From: Octopus vulgaris | Lineage: Eukaryota | Direction of reading: 5' to 3' | Length of the DNA stretch: 64,000 nt | NCBI GenBank assembly: GCA_951406725.2 | Contig: OX597821.1 | Location: forward strand, 97,030,001-97,094,000 | Shown: piece after piece, positions 1 to 13,336 of the stretch | Layout of the letters: every line of letters starts with the position of its first letter | Numbering within the stretch: the stretch's first letter is position 1 | Position numbers and translations under genes: made by a program | Notes under the pieces: generated by a model | Database searches by the model: none | The model's input: only the letters and a program-made list of their open reading frames with translations | Told to the model about the DNA's origin: nothing

Positions 1-363
1 AATAAATGTCTTAAGGCTGTATCATGCGCGGAGACATAGAAATAATTGGACTGCATACCCGATCACGCGGTTAAACCGTTGGGAGTGAAGGACTCCTAGC
101 CTTTGTTAGGGCATCCTTCTCGGAGAAGGTAACTCAGGTAACTGGGATAACTCCGACATAAAACCTGCGGCTCAGTGGTTACCGATGATGTTGACTTGTT
201 CTTCTTTTCGGATTATGGCTACTGTTGCTTAGTGAGTGGGATTGATTCAGTGCACAGCCTTTCCCCACTTTAAAACAAAATCTTCTTGCACAGGCATTGC
301 ACGATAACAACATTGATTAAGCTTCGTGCAATGGCCATACTCGATAAGGAGGGGGCAGCCACC

Positions 364-583
364 ATGTATGTATGTATGTATGTATGTATGTATGTATGTA
401 TGTATGTATGTATGTATGTATGTATGTATGTATGTGTGTATGTATGTATGTATGTATGTATGTGTGTATGTATGTATGTATGAATGAATGTATGTATGTG
501 TGTGTGTATGTATGTATGTATGTATGTTGTATGTATGTATGTATGTATGTATGTATGTATGTATGTATGTATGTATGTATGTA
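364..583. repeat. (TATG)n microsatellite
   Basis: Direct tandem TATG/TGTA run; explains the YVCM/HTYI ORFs. Confidence 0.95.
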
Positions 584-764
584 TCAATATTCTTTGATGT
601 CTATTATTGAAGACCTGATTATCTGCACTAAGGTGGAGGCGCAATAGCCCAGTGGTTAGGACAGCGAACTCACTGGTGGACGTTTGATTTTGCAACTCCT
701 GTCTCGCCATTTGTTTGTCGCACTGATTTTCTTGAACTCCGGCAATATGTTTATAGTAACCATT

Positions 765-993
765 CGGCGAGCTGGCAGAAACGTTAGCATGCCGGGCGAA
801 ATGCGTAGCCGTATTTCGTCTGTCGTTACGTTCTGAGTTCAAATTCCGCCGAGGTCGTCTTTGCCTTTCATCCTTTCGGGGTCGATGAATTAAGTACCAG
901 TTTCCAACTGGGGTCGATGTAATCGACTTAATCCGTTTGTCTGTCCTTGTTTGTCCCCTCTATGATTAGCCCCTTGTGGGCAGTAAAGAAATA
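765..993 (+). mobile_element. SINE family C, tail type 1
   Basis: Head ggcgagctggcagaaacgttagc, B-box-like gagttcaaattcc, core tttgcctttcatcctttcggggtcgat, tail gccccttgtgggcagtaaagaaata; homologs at 38214 and 42959. Confidence 0.85.
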
Positions 994-1335
994 CACTCTT
1001 GCTTTGTGGAGCTCTTCGATGTCCGTGGTCATCCGGAACGTTTCTTATGGACATTTCTGAACAGTTCCGTCTGCTTTAAACTTAACTCTAATTCGAGTGA
1101 TTGTAAGTTGCGTAAGTGGGTCTTGTTGAAACTCCCTCTTTCGCTGTATTTGAACTTCGACAGCGTTTTCATACGGCCAGTAGCATTTCGGGGTAAATTT
1201 CCTTTGCTTAAAGCTAAATCTGGCTCTCTTCATTATTTCTAATGGGTTGAATAAAAGGAAACTCTAAAATAAGTTAGTTACCAGCTGTTAAAGTATGTAT
1301 ACGGTTTTTAGGATGCCCTGTAAATATGCAGAGGG

Positions 1336-1392
<57 letters not shown>

Positions 1393-1508
1393 GGGTATAT
1401 AAAGTCATTATAAGAATAGTAAGTCACAAGGGAGAGCACTCATCACTCATTTAAGTTGGATTGTAACGGTGAAATTTTGTTTCATAATAAATACATTTAA
1501 TTTGCAGT

Positions 1509-1588
1509 CCAGAACTGTTAGTAATAGTTTCACGAATTGGACTTCCTAATGAATGAAAGGAAGTTCGGCGCTCATCAGACAGTTCTGG
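1509..1588 (-). ncRNA. Type-I hammerhead ribozyme motif (PLE-type, stem III damaged)
   Basis: Minus strand: 10-bp stem I CCAGAACTGT/ACAGTTCTGG, core CTGATGA, long stem II (gcg..acttcct/aggaagt..cgt), GAAA, ctattac, TA. One C.C mismatch in stem III. Confidence 0.7.
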
Positions 1589-1854
1589 GCCTGTGAATTC
1601 GATTTCAAATGAACCGTCAAATCACGGAATAATAATCACATCTGACTGAATTGAGCATATGTGCAGGTAGAAAAATCATTAAAAGAATTATATCATAATG
1701 CATACTGTCTTTTTGATAAATATAAAATAGTATACGTGTATATGTGTAGGAATGTACATATGTATGTGTACTTGTGTGTTTATGTTTGTATACCTATCTA
1801 TATGTACATGTATCTGTATATAAACTTTTTTAAATGTGTGTGCGTTTGTATATG

Positions 1855-2117
1855 TTAGTTAGTTAGTTAATTTTTTGGCTCAGAAAGCAAAAAGCAAGGC
1901 CATGTAGGGGGACATGGAGTTATGTACAGGGTGGTGTTCAGGCCACTTGTAGTCAAGGGAGACTTTGAACCGAGCGGTCGTCGGCATCTTCACTATCTCG
2001 TCCGGCAGCTTATTCCACGGGTCCGCAACCCGGACGGAGAAACCCCCTCTCCTTCGATTGAGATGAAATCATCGCAGATAGAGCTTTTCGGACTGATCCC
2101 GCAGCCGACGCTCTAGA
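1855..2117 (-). mobile_element. CR1-clade LINE 3' end with (TAAC)n tail
   Basis: Minus-strand translation ..RRRGGFSVRVADPWNKLPDEIVKMPTTARFKVSLD.. fits the CR1 ORF2 C-terminal RVxxxWNxLP motif; homolog at 30495-30716. Confidence 0.8.
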
Positions 2118-2119
2118 GA

Positions 2120-2151
<32 letters not shown>

Positions 2152-2178
2152 CGCGCGCGCGTGTGTGTGTATGTGTGT

Positions 2179-2553
2179 GGAGGCGCAATGGCTCAGTGGT
2201 TAGGGCAGCGGACTCGCGGTCGTAGGATCGCGGTTTCGATACCCAGACTGGGTGTTGTGAGTGTTTATTGAGCGAAAACACCTAAAGCTCCGCGAAGTTC
2301 TGGCGGGAGGGGAGGGGGAGTAAACCCTGCTATAGTCTTTCACCACAACTTTCTCTCACTCTTTGCTTCTGTTGTACCTGTATTTCAAAGGGCCGACCTT
2401 GTCACACTTTGTGTCACGCTGAATCTCCCCGAGAACTACGTTAATAGTACACGTGTCTGTGGAGTGCTCAGCCACTTGCATGTTAATTTCACGAGCAGGG
2501 TGTTCCGTTGATCGGATCAACTGGAACCATCGTCGTAACCGACGGAGTGCCAC
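2179..2553 (+). mobile_element. SINE family A (tRNA-derived, about 380 bp)
   Basis: A box tggctcagtgg, B box ggtttcgatacc; near-identical copies at 15041, 18443, 24360, 28016, 29140. Confidence 0.9.
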
Positions 2554-2555
2554 GA

Positions 2556-2587
<32 letters not shown>

Positions 2588-2588
<1 letters not shown>

Positions 2589-2977
2589 GCGCATAGGCGC
2601 ATGAGTGGCTGTGTGGTAAGTAGTTTGCTAACCAACCACATGGTTCCGGGTTCAGTCCCACTGCGTGGCATCTTGGGCAAGTGTCTTCTGCTATAGCCCC
2701 GGGCCAACCAATGCTTTGTGAGTGGACGGAAACTGAAAGAAGCCTGTCGTATATATGTATATATATGTGTGTGTGTGTATGTGTGTGTGTCTCTGTTTGT
2801 TCCCCTAGCATTGCTTGACAACCGATGCACTTAGCTGTTCAGCAAAAGAGACTGATAGAATAAGTACTGGGCTTACAAAGAATAAGTTCCGGGGTTGATT
2901 TGCTCGACTAAAGGTGGTGCTGCAGCATGGCCGCAGTCAAATGACTGAAACAAGTAAAAGAGTATAAGAGTAAAAGA
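2588..2977 (+). mobile_element. SINE family B (tRNA-like head, internal TA/TG microsatellite)
   Basis: Head gagtggctgtgtggtaag..gggttcagtccc, tail gactgaaacaagtaaaagag; more than 10 copies in the window. Confidence 0.88.
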
Positions 2978-3512
2978 ATATGTAAATGTATGTATGTATG
3001 TATGTATGTATGTATGTACATATACACACACGCGTAGAATTATGAAATATGATAAGTGCCCACTTCAGATGCCCCTGTTGTTCCCCACTGTTTTGTTACC
3101 TTAAGTAACTACATATTTTACTAAATAACCCGGTAATTCCTCTTAACGCGGTGTTATTGACCTCCCAATGAGTGAGAGTCCCAGAGTAAGATTCGATTTC
3201 CAGTTGAGTCATTTCACTTCGTTATTTTATTGCTGCCGTTTCCTATTGTTTTGCATATACACAATTTCATTCTTGTGAGGTGGTGCTGAAGAATGCTGGT
3301 CACGTTCACCGAAGACAGTGCCTTATGAACAGTGTGTCAAGGACTAAGCGGTCGTCTACAGCTGCCTGCTTCGCCCTTGACTTTGTCTAACATATAGCAT
3401 TGTCTGATGACAACTCAACAACTGTTTACATATAAACAATTCTCGCTCGCAGACACCCATAAATACATAACCTCTCACCCTCTCTACCTGTCTATCTGTC
3501 TGTCTGCCTCGT

Positions 3513-3574
<62 letters not shown>

Positions 3575-4080
3575 ACTCACTCTCAGAGAAACACATACAA
3601 TATACTTGCTAATGGTTGCTTTTTTTATCATTATTCCATTCATATCTAAAAAGCTTTATAGGAATATTAAATAAAAAAAATAGATCATAATACTTGCTTG
3701 GGATCACCCCCAGCATTAGGAAGGAGTGCTTGGTGCATTTCTGCGATTAGAACAAACATATTCGTCTTCCTTGGCTTTGTGTGTGTGTGTGTGTTTTGAA
3801 AGAGGCGAAATTAGTATCTTTCTGACGTTGACGTACATATTCCTGATTCCACGCTTGTATGCTATGGCAATAAAACGCTTCTGTACAGATGCAAATACCT
3901 CCTTTTAAGTTCTCTACTGGAATGCTGTCCAGTCCAGGAATGTTTCTACGCTTCACACATACACAGTATGTACAGCAGAAAGGCCGGTAACCTATAAAGA
4001 TGTACTTCTGTATAAATAAGTATTACGTACGAGACTATTCCAGCAGAAGATTTGAATATGTTGTTTTACTGTGTGTATAG

Positions 4081-4184
<104 letters not shown>

Positions 4185-4421
4185 GCACGCACGCACATAC
4201 GCACAAGCACAAACACGCCAGATAAATTCTTGATTTCTTAAAATTATCTCCACGTTCAAAGATCAATTGCTTGGTGTCATTTGGCAGCAACTACAACGGA
4301 GAAGTTAAGATCATCTGAAGAATCAACAATTCCCCGAAATTGACATATGTGTATGTGTCTGTATTTGTGTGAACGTGTGTGTTAATGTGCACACACGCAC
4401 ACACACACACACACGAACATA

Positions 4422-4476
<55 letters not shown>

Positions 4477-4544
4477 AAAAAGAGTCAAGATGGAAAATAC
4501 TAAAATGATCTTATAAAAAACATTTCAGTACCGGTTTTAGTAGG

Positions 4545-4669
4545 GAAGAAGAAGAAGAAGAAGAAGAAGAAGAAGAAGAAGAAGAAGAAGAAGAAGAAGA
4601 AGAAGAAGAAGAAGAAGAAGAAGAAGAAGAAGGAGAAGAAGAAGAAGAAGAAGAAGAAGAAGAAGAAGA
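4545..4669. repeat. (GAA)n microsatellite
   Basis: Direct. Confidence 0.95.
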
Positions 4670-5069
4670 ATGTGGGAGTGCCATGACAGTAGTATGTTGA
4701 ATGGTCACCTGCGCTGCCCCGAAAATGCCCCGCTGTCGATGATAATATATATATATATATATAGTGGTTGTATACTGTCAACTCAACGTGACAGTCCCGT
4801 AAGGAAATTACACCACCGCCATTTAGCCCTAGGAAACATCGACGTTTCCTGTCGGCTTTGACACATTTTCTCTGTATATATAGATTAATCAGCCGAAATT
4901 GCGAGGATGATCAGGTTCTTGACTGAAGATTAGAAGCTTCGAATGACCCGTCCGTTTTTGTATCGTCTATTTGAATGTTTTGCGTTCTTGTCTCATTTTG
5001 TATTTTTATATATATGTTTTATACATATATATATATATATACATATTTATGTGTATATATATATATGTG

Positions 5070-5117
<48 letters not shown>

Positions 5118-5428
5118 CGAATGACCATGGGATTGCACCTAGAAAGTTACCCTCCTAGGCACAAGACCAGGCAAGACCAGCAGTTGCCCATGCACACCAG
5201 CCTTCCCTCTCCACGCCACCAATGTAGTCTAAGGGAAAGGCAAAGGGGCTGATACAGCTTGGCACCAGTGATATTGCAACTCATTTCTACAGCTGAGTGA
5301 ACTGGAGCAACGTGAAATAAAGTGTCTTGCTCAAGAACACAAACACGCAGCCCGGTCCGGTCCGGGATTCGAACTCACAATCTCACGGTTGTAAGATCGA
5401 CGATCTAACCACTGAGCCAAGCACCTCC
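5118..5428 (-). mobile_element. tRNA-derived SINE with Meta/V-like core (family G)
   Basis: Minus strand: A box tggctcagtgg, B box gagttcgaatcc, then gtgttcttgagcaagacactttatttcacgttgctccag. Confidence 0.7.
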
Positions 5429-5448
5429 ACACACACACACACACATTT

Positions 5449-5479
<31 letters not shown>

Positions 5480-5785
5480 AAGAAAGAAAAGAGAGAGAGA
5501 AGAAAGAGAGAAAGAGAAAAGAAAAAATGTATTTAAAAATCCTGGCATAGATCAAGTAAACACTGAGTATAAAGGAATAAGGTTAAATTTCCAACAAAGC
5601 GGATGGCCATAAATGTATGTAAAATAGAAATCACAGATAAATCCTCACGTATGACAGGTAAATCCAACCATCCTTATGCAGAATTTTAAGTAATTCAGTC
5701 AATAATATGTACGAAGAAAATCATAACTTTATATAAATATATATATACACACCGTGTGTGGTGTATATATATATTTATATAAATA

Positions 5786-5969
5786 GGCGCAGGAGTGGCT
5801 GTGTGGTAAGTAGCTTGCTAACCAACCACATGGTTCCGGGTTCAGTCCCACTGCGTGGCATCTTGGGCAAGTGTCTTCAGCTATAGCCCCGTGTCGACCA
5901 ATGCCTTGTGTCTTGTGAGTGGATTTGGTAGACGGAAACTGAAAGAAGCCTGTCGTATATATGTATATG

Positions 5970-6002
<33 letters not shown>

Positions 6003-6003
6003 G

Positions 6004-6068
<65 letters not shown>

Positions 6069-6273
6069 TGTGTCTGTGTTTGTCTCCCTAGCATTGCTTG
6101 ACAACCGATGCTGGTGTGTTTACGTCCCCGTCACTTAGCGGTTCGGCAAAAAGAGACCGAAAGAATAAGTACTGGGCTTACAAAGAATAAGTCCAGGAGT
6201 CGATTCGCTTGACTAAAAGGTGGTGCTCCAGCATGGTCGCAGTCAAATGACCGAAACAGTAAAAGAGTAAAGA
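5786..6273 (+). mobile_element. SINE family B
   Basis: Full-length match to other B copies. Confidence 0.9.
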
Positions 6274-6286
6274 GATATACATATAT

Positions 6287-6346
<60 letters not shown>

Positions 6347-6949
6347 CTGTATGTTAAAAAGTAACACTTTCTTTTTTCCGAGCATTAGATTCGAAACCGA
6401 ATCTAAGGATTCTCGCTCGTCCGCTTCACTACTGGTCAAACAGGCGCGAAAGAAATTTCTTTGGCCGGTCAAAAAATGATGGATTGTTTCCCTTCGACCT
6501 CAGCCGTGTCATTTTTAAGTTCAAGTGGACCAGTGGTGACCTATTTATGTACAATTTCTCCTGTGGTATGTCTGTCCTTCTAGCTGTCAGAACCGTTATA
6601 AATACAGTCATCCGTCAAGGGAGATGCGGACGGTCAAGTCAGAGACGAGGATAGCCCGCCAGTAATCTCTCAGATATTCAACATGAACAGACACCATTGA
6701 AATAGCAACACGCACACATACACAAAAAGATGTTCGCTTCTACCCTATCATATCCACAGTATGTACCCTGTTAATTTCTTCCCCAACTCGAAACAGCTGG
6801 AAACGATGAGATGTATTGAATATTCATGTATGCAACAAGTAGATGCGAGTGTCGTTGAACTAAATTATTTCCACTACAAAACGATGTTTTCGATTATTTA
6901 CTTTGCCTATTTCATCTGTTACCTCAACATATTTTGCTACACTTTTCCA

Positions 6950-6993
<44 letters not shown>

Positions 6994-7147
6994 GTGTGTG
7001 TGTGTTTGTGTGTATGTATATATAAAATATATATGTATGTATGTATATGTATATATATATATATGTATATATGTATATATATATATGTGTATATATGTAT
7101 AAGTATATATATAATATATGTATATATATATAATATATATATATGTG

Positions 7148-7194
<47 letters not shown>

Positions 7195-7250
7195 CCTCCG
7201 GCTACTATTTCTAATTCTTTCGGTATGCGGCAAAGCAACCTGTTGCCTGC

Positions 7251-7320
<70 letters not shown>

Positions 7321-7359
7321 ATTATATATATTTATAATATATATATATATATGTACATT

Positions 7360-7745
7360 TTTTTTAAGTTTCAGCTCCGTTTTGCGCTACACTGTTATTA
7401 CGAAGAACCTCCTCTAATATGTGGTACTTGATGAAGAATGGAGTTTGATATAGCTACCCTCATTTGCACCTCTTGCCGTGAGGTAGGTTCATCTGGGACT
7501 CTTGACAGGAAGATGTCCAGCTTTGATTTAAAAACCGCTACATCTACTTTGTGTAAATTCCTCAGACTCTTTGGGAGAATATTAAAAAGCTGTGGGCCCT
7601 TGAAACCCAAACTGTTGCAATAGTTGGTCCTGAAGCGTGATGGCATTGCTGGTATCTTTGGCACCATGCAGTGTCGTCCCGTTATGGCATTGGTGTAGCT
7701 TTCAATGCCAAAATTTGGTTTTTCTAATTTTTCATTTCTTTGTAG
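7360..7745 (-). mobile_element. CR1-group LINE ORF2 C-terminal fragment plus 3' end
   Basis: ORF 7398..7751 contains GPQLFNILPKSLRN..FKSKLDIFLSRVPDEP, typical of CR1-group ORF2 ends; A-rich end. Confidence 0.7.
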
Positions 7746-8056
7746 GACCACTGGTACAGGGGGGCTTCCGGTTACTTCTCCCTTGGCTCCCCTATCATTC
7801 TCTGCCTAGTCGTTCACCGGGGTAGGTGATACATTTTCTTGAGGAACCTCTGGATTACAGAGACTTCCGGGTTCTTATTAGCCTTGCCATAATAATTTTC
7901 AATTATGTTTTCCAGAAGAACAAAGGAAGGAAGGAAAACAAAAATAAAGGCAAAATAACCAAAACTGAAACCCCAACTCACCAAACAAACAACAGAGGAC
8001 CCAGTGCCACCCAAAACCCTACAGGAAAGAAGAAATCTAGGAGGTACCCAAGAACC

Positions 8057-8305
<249 letters not shown>

Positions 8306-8314
8306 CATATGAGA

Positions 8315-8605
8315 GTAGCCCGGTGGTTAGGGTAACGGACTCGCGGTCGTAGGATCGCGGTTTCGATTGTCAGACCGGTCGTTGTCAGTGTTTATTGAGC
8401 GAAAATACCTAAAGCTGGGGCACGGGTAAACCCTGCTGTACTCTTTCATCACAATTTTCTCTCACTCTTTGCTTCTGTTGTACCTGTATTTCAATATGCC
8501 AACGTTGTCACACTCTGTGTCACGCTGAATCTCCCCGAGAACTACATTAAGGGTACACGTGACTGTGGTGTGCTCAGCCACTTGCACGTTAATTTCACGA
8601 GCAGG
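8315..8605 (+). mobile_element. SINE family A, diverged and 3'-truncated
   Basis: Similarity to the 2179 copy. Confidence 0.8.
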
Positions 8606-8607
8606 TG

Positions 8608-9362
8608 AACACCACACATTTTCAGTGTTTCATTTTTTTTTTTTTTCAATAATTTTTTTTCGGATCTGCATGTTTTCGGTATAGGATAATACGCTTTTTT
8701 CCCAAAATTCACGTTTTCAAAATTTTAGTTTCAAAATTTTAATTTTTCCGCACTCCCACCCCAATTTATTAATTTTTGACTTTTTTGACTTTTTTTAAAA
8801 TTTTTTTATTTAATACACTTAGAAAAATACAGAGATTACGATTCTGGGATTTTTTTTAAATTTAAATTTTTCGTTAACAAACACTCAATACCTCTTTCAC
8901 CACCGCATCCACCCATCACCTCCCCGCTTTCAAAAAAACTAAGAACTCAGAATGTTTCACTTTCGTCTGATGCTTCACGCATGCGTAGAATTCTACTGAA
9001 ATAGCAGACGTCAAAAATATCAGACCACCAACAGAAAACCCGACATGCTAGAAACAACAGCTAAACATTATTTCTGAAAAAAACTTCTCCACTTTCTGAA
9101 AGGTGAAACATTCGGAGATGAAAGGCGGACGTTATGGAAGAGGATTTGAGTGCTTCTTTAAGGATTTTTTTTAAATCTTAAAGATTCGTAATCGCTATTT
9201 TACTACATGGATTTTAAAAAATTTCGAAAAATTTTTAATTTAAAAACTTGGGGTGGGGAGAGGGAAATTAAAATTTTGAAAACGTGTTTTTTGACCAAAA
9301 TCTTAATCTCCTATATCGAAAACAGAAATCCGAACAAATTTTTGAAAAAAATTGGTGCGGTG
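8608..9362. mobile_element. Old foldback/MITE-like element with long imperfect inverted arms
   Basis: About 8650-8860 is an imperfect reverse complement of about 9160-9350 (cacgttttcaaaatttta vs taaaattttgaaaacgtg); related partial copy at 11210-11482. Confidence 0.55.
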
Positions 9363-9463
9363 CGAAGATCAAGTACGCTCATTACAAATGCGAATTACAA
9401 AATAATAAAAAGGTCGTTGCAACTAAAGTTGAACTGTAAATTTACAATTCATACCTCGACTCT

Positions 9464-9496
<33 letters not shown>

Positions 9497-9739
9497 CTGT
9501 CTGTTTGTGTGTTTGTGTGTGTGTGTCTGTGTTTGTGTGTCCATGTGCGCGCGCAAAAGTTATTTTTACATACCTTTCTTAATTCCAAAAGAAGAAAAAC
9601 TTACGTGGACTTAAACCATGATTGTTTAGCCCCAAAGAGTTTTGCGAGCGTATTTGTTGTAGTCACCGCACAAGAGAAACATTTAGGAAAATGTATACAT
9701 AAGTTCGCAATTATCTATATAATTGATAGTAAAGTTTAT

Positions 9740-10126
9740 ATAAATATATAAAAGAGAAGTTGTATGTCTGTCTCCTACGATTTAGATTCCTAGCTACTCC
9801 CACATTTTGCGGTGCAGTTTAACCAAAACCGGGTATCTTATAGTCGTGATTCATATCGAGCCCTTATGGGTATTAGCGCGCGTCTACGATGAGTCTACGA
9901 TTTTTTTAAAATCATTTTTTTCCATTTTAATGCATTTTTTCGCTATTATATAAGGGAAGTAACTCTCTAAAAATGTCTACGATGAGTCAACGATTTAAAA
10001 AATAATTTACCATCATTTGTTTTCCATTTTTAATGCATTTTTTTGCTATTTTTTGGCTATAACTCTAAAAATGCTTATATAGTTATTTCCCTTACAAACC
10101 CGAGCAACGCCGGGCGATACTGCTAG
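9740..10126 (+). mobile_element. Non-autonomous Helitron
   Basis: 3' end cccgagcaacgccggg hairpin plus cgatactgCTAG|T; termini shared with 29619-30015. Confidence 0.75.
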
Positions 10127-11209
10127 TATAAATATAAAATTAAATCCAGGTTTAGTCACAAATCGATCAAATTAGTAAAGTTTTAACAGTTTTGTGACAG
10201 CATAGTGTCTCGATGCATTCTAATGAAAAGGTGGAAGAAAGAGATAATACCACTCTCTCTCTTTGGAAGAGAAATTAGTATCTGACGTACTAAAACCCCT
10301 CATAACTTTTCTACTTTTAAGAATTTTTACAAAATGCTTTTGATTCTGCATAATGGAATTAATACGATTATACAACTAAAAAATTAATTTTTAATATTAC
10401 CCCCTGCTCCCTTAATTCCAAAACTTTCCACTGTTTTTCAATTTATTTCTTAATTCTTGGATTTCAAAATGGAATTAATACTATTATCCAATAATTTTTT
10501 TTTAATATTTTACCCCACACCCTTAATTCCAAAACTTTCTACTATCGAGTTTTGCGTGTTTGTGTAAGAGAAAAACATTGACAAACAGAAAATCATGTTA
10601 TTAAAATTATCTCTAAAATACCTTTAAATTATTACCGCTTCCGGTGTTTCTGGTTTTCGATTAGAAACAAGTTGCATGTAACCCTTCTTTCTCGTTGTTG
10701 ATGAGACCCTTCTTTGCCAGGAAAATTGGAAGAATGGCATAATACGCACTCTCTCTTTATTTCTAACAAAACATACCTTTGTTTTCTTAGAAACGAGAGT
10801 GACCCCTAACGAGAAGATCACAGCCAAATTGAAATTTGGATTGTACATTTCATGGGCAAGTTTTCGAGTTTTAATACTTAATCCACAATAATTTAAAGGT
10901 TTGTTACAGATAGATAATTTTCATAACATAATTCTCTGTTAGTAAATGTTTTTCTCGCAATAGTTTAAAGGTATGTTAGAGATAATTTATTTTAATAACA
11001 TAAATTTCTGCTAGTAAGCAATTTTCTCTTACGCAAACACGCAAAATTTTGATTTCGAAGTAATTAAAAAACTATTTGGATATTATAAAGAAAAACGAAT
11101 GGCAGAATCGGAGTGTCCGCCTTTTAAAACAAAAAAAAAATCGAAAAACAGTAGAAAATTTCAGAATTAGTGGTGGTGGGGATATAAAAAAAATTGTTGT
11201 ATAATTTGC

Positions 11210-11482
11210 GCCCACCACCATTTTTTTAAAAATTTCTTCGGATTTCGATAAAGGTTAGAATTTTGCCTCCAAAACACGTTTTCGAAATTTTAATTTCCCT
11301 CTCCCCAAACCAATTTCGTAAATTTTAACTTATTTCAATTTTTTTTTTTTTTTTTTTTGTAATCCACGTACTAAAAATACAGAGATTACGAATCTTTAAG
11401 AAGTTTTTCCAGAAATAATTTTTCGTTTAGCTGTTGTTTCTAACATGTCGGGTTTTCTGGTGGTGGTCTGATATTTTTGACG
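11210..11482 (-). mobile_element. Partial copy of the 8608-9362 element
   Basis: Reverse complement of about 9005-9360 with an internal deletion (tagctgttgtttctaacatgtcgggttttctg). Confidence 0.65.
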
Positions 11483-12722
11483 TGTCTCATCAAATTTTTT
11501 ACGGTGTCTCATCAAATACTCCTTGATTTTGCTGAAGAGAAGTTTGAATGTTTTCTGATTTTAAAGTAGAGAATGGATCGCTTGCATTTGCATTGTTATT
11601 TATAGTTGGGTAAGGGAATATAACACTGCATGGTAATACTATATATTTTTATGTGAGATGTTGATTTGTGTAGTACGCCAGTCGAAGTAAAAAGCGTTGA
11701 GGGCATAAGCCGCCACCATTAACCACAATGATATACTAAAAATTCATCATAGCGTCCTCTGTTCGAATGTATTCGCGGGACCTTCCCTTGGCCTGGGGCC
11801 CAGTTTGAACGAAACTGCCTAATTGACTTTAAACCGGCCCTGGTTGCCATATTCCATAAGAACAGTACTGAAAGACATTTTATATAAATGAAGAATTGTA
11901 ACAATGAAGTCAATGATTTCAAAAGCTAATAGAACCCAAAGATTTAACTGAACTAAAGAATTCTGCTACAAGTTTAGGTCGTTAATGGTTTGGTCTGATA
12001 AAAAGTAAATTCCACCAATTTTCCAATTCAAGGCAGAAGTATATGTAGCGCAAGAAAACTGAAATATGGGGGCCAGATTATTTGCAAAGAACTATTAAAC
12101 ATGAGTTAGCGTTATGGTAGTGGGTTAGGGGCTAATTTGGGTGAAAAGCAGGCTAAAGGTTGTTGTTTTTTTTTTTAATTAACTACATACTGTTAAATAC
12201 TTCAGAAGAGTATATTACCCAATCTATTCAGGTGCGTGGAATTGATAACAAAACCTATCATTTTTGAGAAGACGGAATCCTATGTGTACAAGCAAAATGC
12301 CACAAACTTGTCAAAGAACTCACGGAATCAAATCTCCAAAACTGACTACTCAATGCAACCTATTTCATCCAGCATAACATATAACAGAGCATCTTGATAG
12401 AAGGTTGTGAGGTCATAAAAAAAAAATATTACGCATATTACAGAGCTGAACAAAGTATTGACTGTAAAGTGATGGATAAACATGAATCTGTTTGTCAGTG
12501 ATAATTTAATTAAATCGATCTCTAATCAGTTAAGGCTATGTTATTAACTAAAGAAGGGCTTTGAGACAAGCTTTTATCCATTCTGAATTGTTTTTTATGA
12601 CGACGTTATGACAAGTAAAATGAACGCTGCGCGTAAATATTCTGGCTGTGAAGTTACTGCAGACCATTATATATATATATATATATATATATATACTTTA
12701 TTTAAAGCAGCAGAAAATTCAA

Positions 12723-12772
12723 CAAAACCTGTTACTCTGAGTTTCCCGTTGCCGTTCATCGGACAGTTTTTG
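12723..12772 (-). ncRNA. Type-I hammerhead ribozyme motif, CCGAUGA core
   Basis: Minus strand: aaaa-a-CTGT, CCGATGA, a-cg-gcaa-cg-g, GAAA, CT-cag-AG, T, A(cleave), ACAG-g-tttt; AATAAA downstream. Confidence 0.7.
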
Positions 12773-12864
12773 CTAGAATTTTCTGCTAAATAAAGCATAT
12801 TACTCTACCACTGGTATTTGAGTACTCTTTTTTCCACCTTGTTTCACATTTATGTGTTTACTCC

Positions 12865-12902
<38 letters not shown>

Positions 12903-12920
12903 GGATATATATATATATAT

Positions 12921-13085
12921 ATATGGCTATAGGGTGGTGGGGGTGTTACTGTTGCATTTAGCCCCAGGCGAACATCGACGTCACCAGAAAGGCTCGACAC
13001 CGTCACGGTGCCCTAAACCTATCAATTCGCAATTCCTCGACGAATTCTCACTATGCAGGATTTCTTATAAATTTTCAAGCAAAAT
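12921..13085 (-). repeat. Inverted partial copies of the 359-bp unit
   Basis: 12931-13020 and 13035-13085 are reverse complements of unit segments, separated by a 14-15 nt filler. Confidence 0.9.
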
Positions 13086-13336
13086 GACGGTGTCGAGCCT
13101 TTCTGGTGACGTCGATGTTCACCTGGGGCTAAATGCAACAGTAACACCCCCACCACCCTGCCCTGTCCCTAGCCATATTCAGATGGCTTTAGTCCCTTAT
13201 GTTATCGAGCAGTTACTGTCTATATCCCTTTTAGAGAATTATTATTGCTTTCGAACAGATTTTCGAAATCAGCAAATGTATTTTGCTTGAAAATCTATAT
13301 AAGAAATCCTGCATAGTGAGAATTCGTCGAGGAAGC

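Noticed and set aside
2179-2255. tRNA genes at SINE heads
   Set aside because: A and B boxes are present, but they run into repeated SINE bodies and I could not form a proper cloverleaf.
6380-6655. Possible host exon (about 90 open codons after a pyrimidine tract and AG)
   Set aside because: No recognisable protein motif or partner exons.
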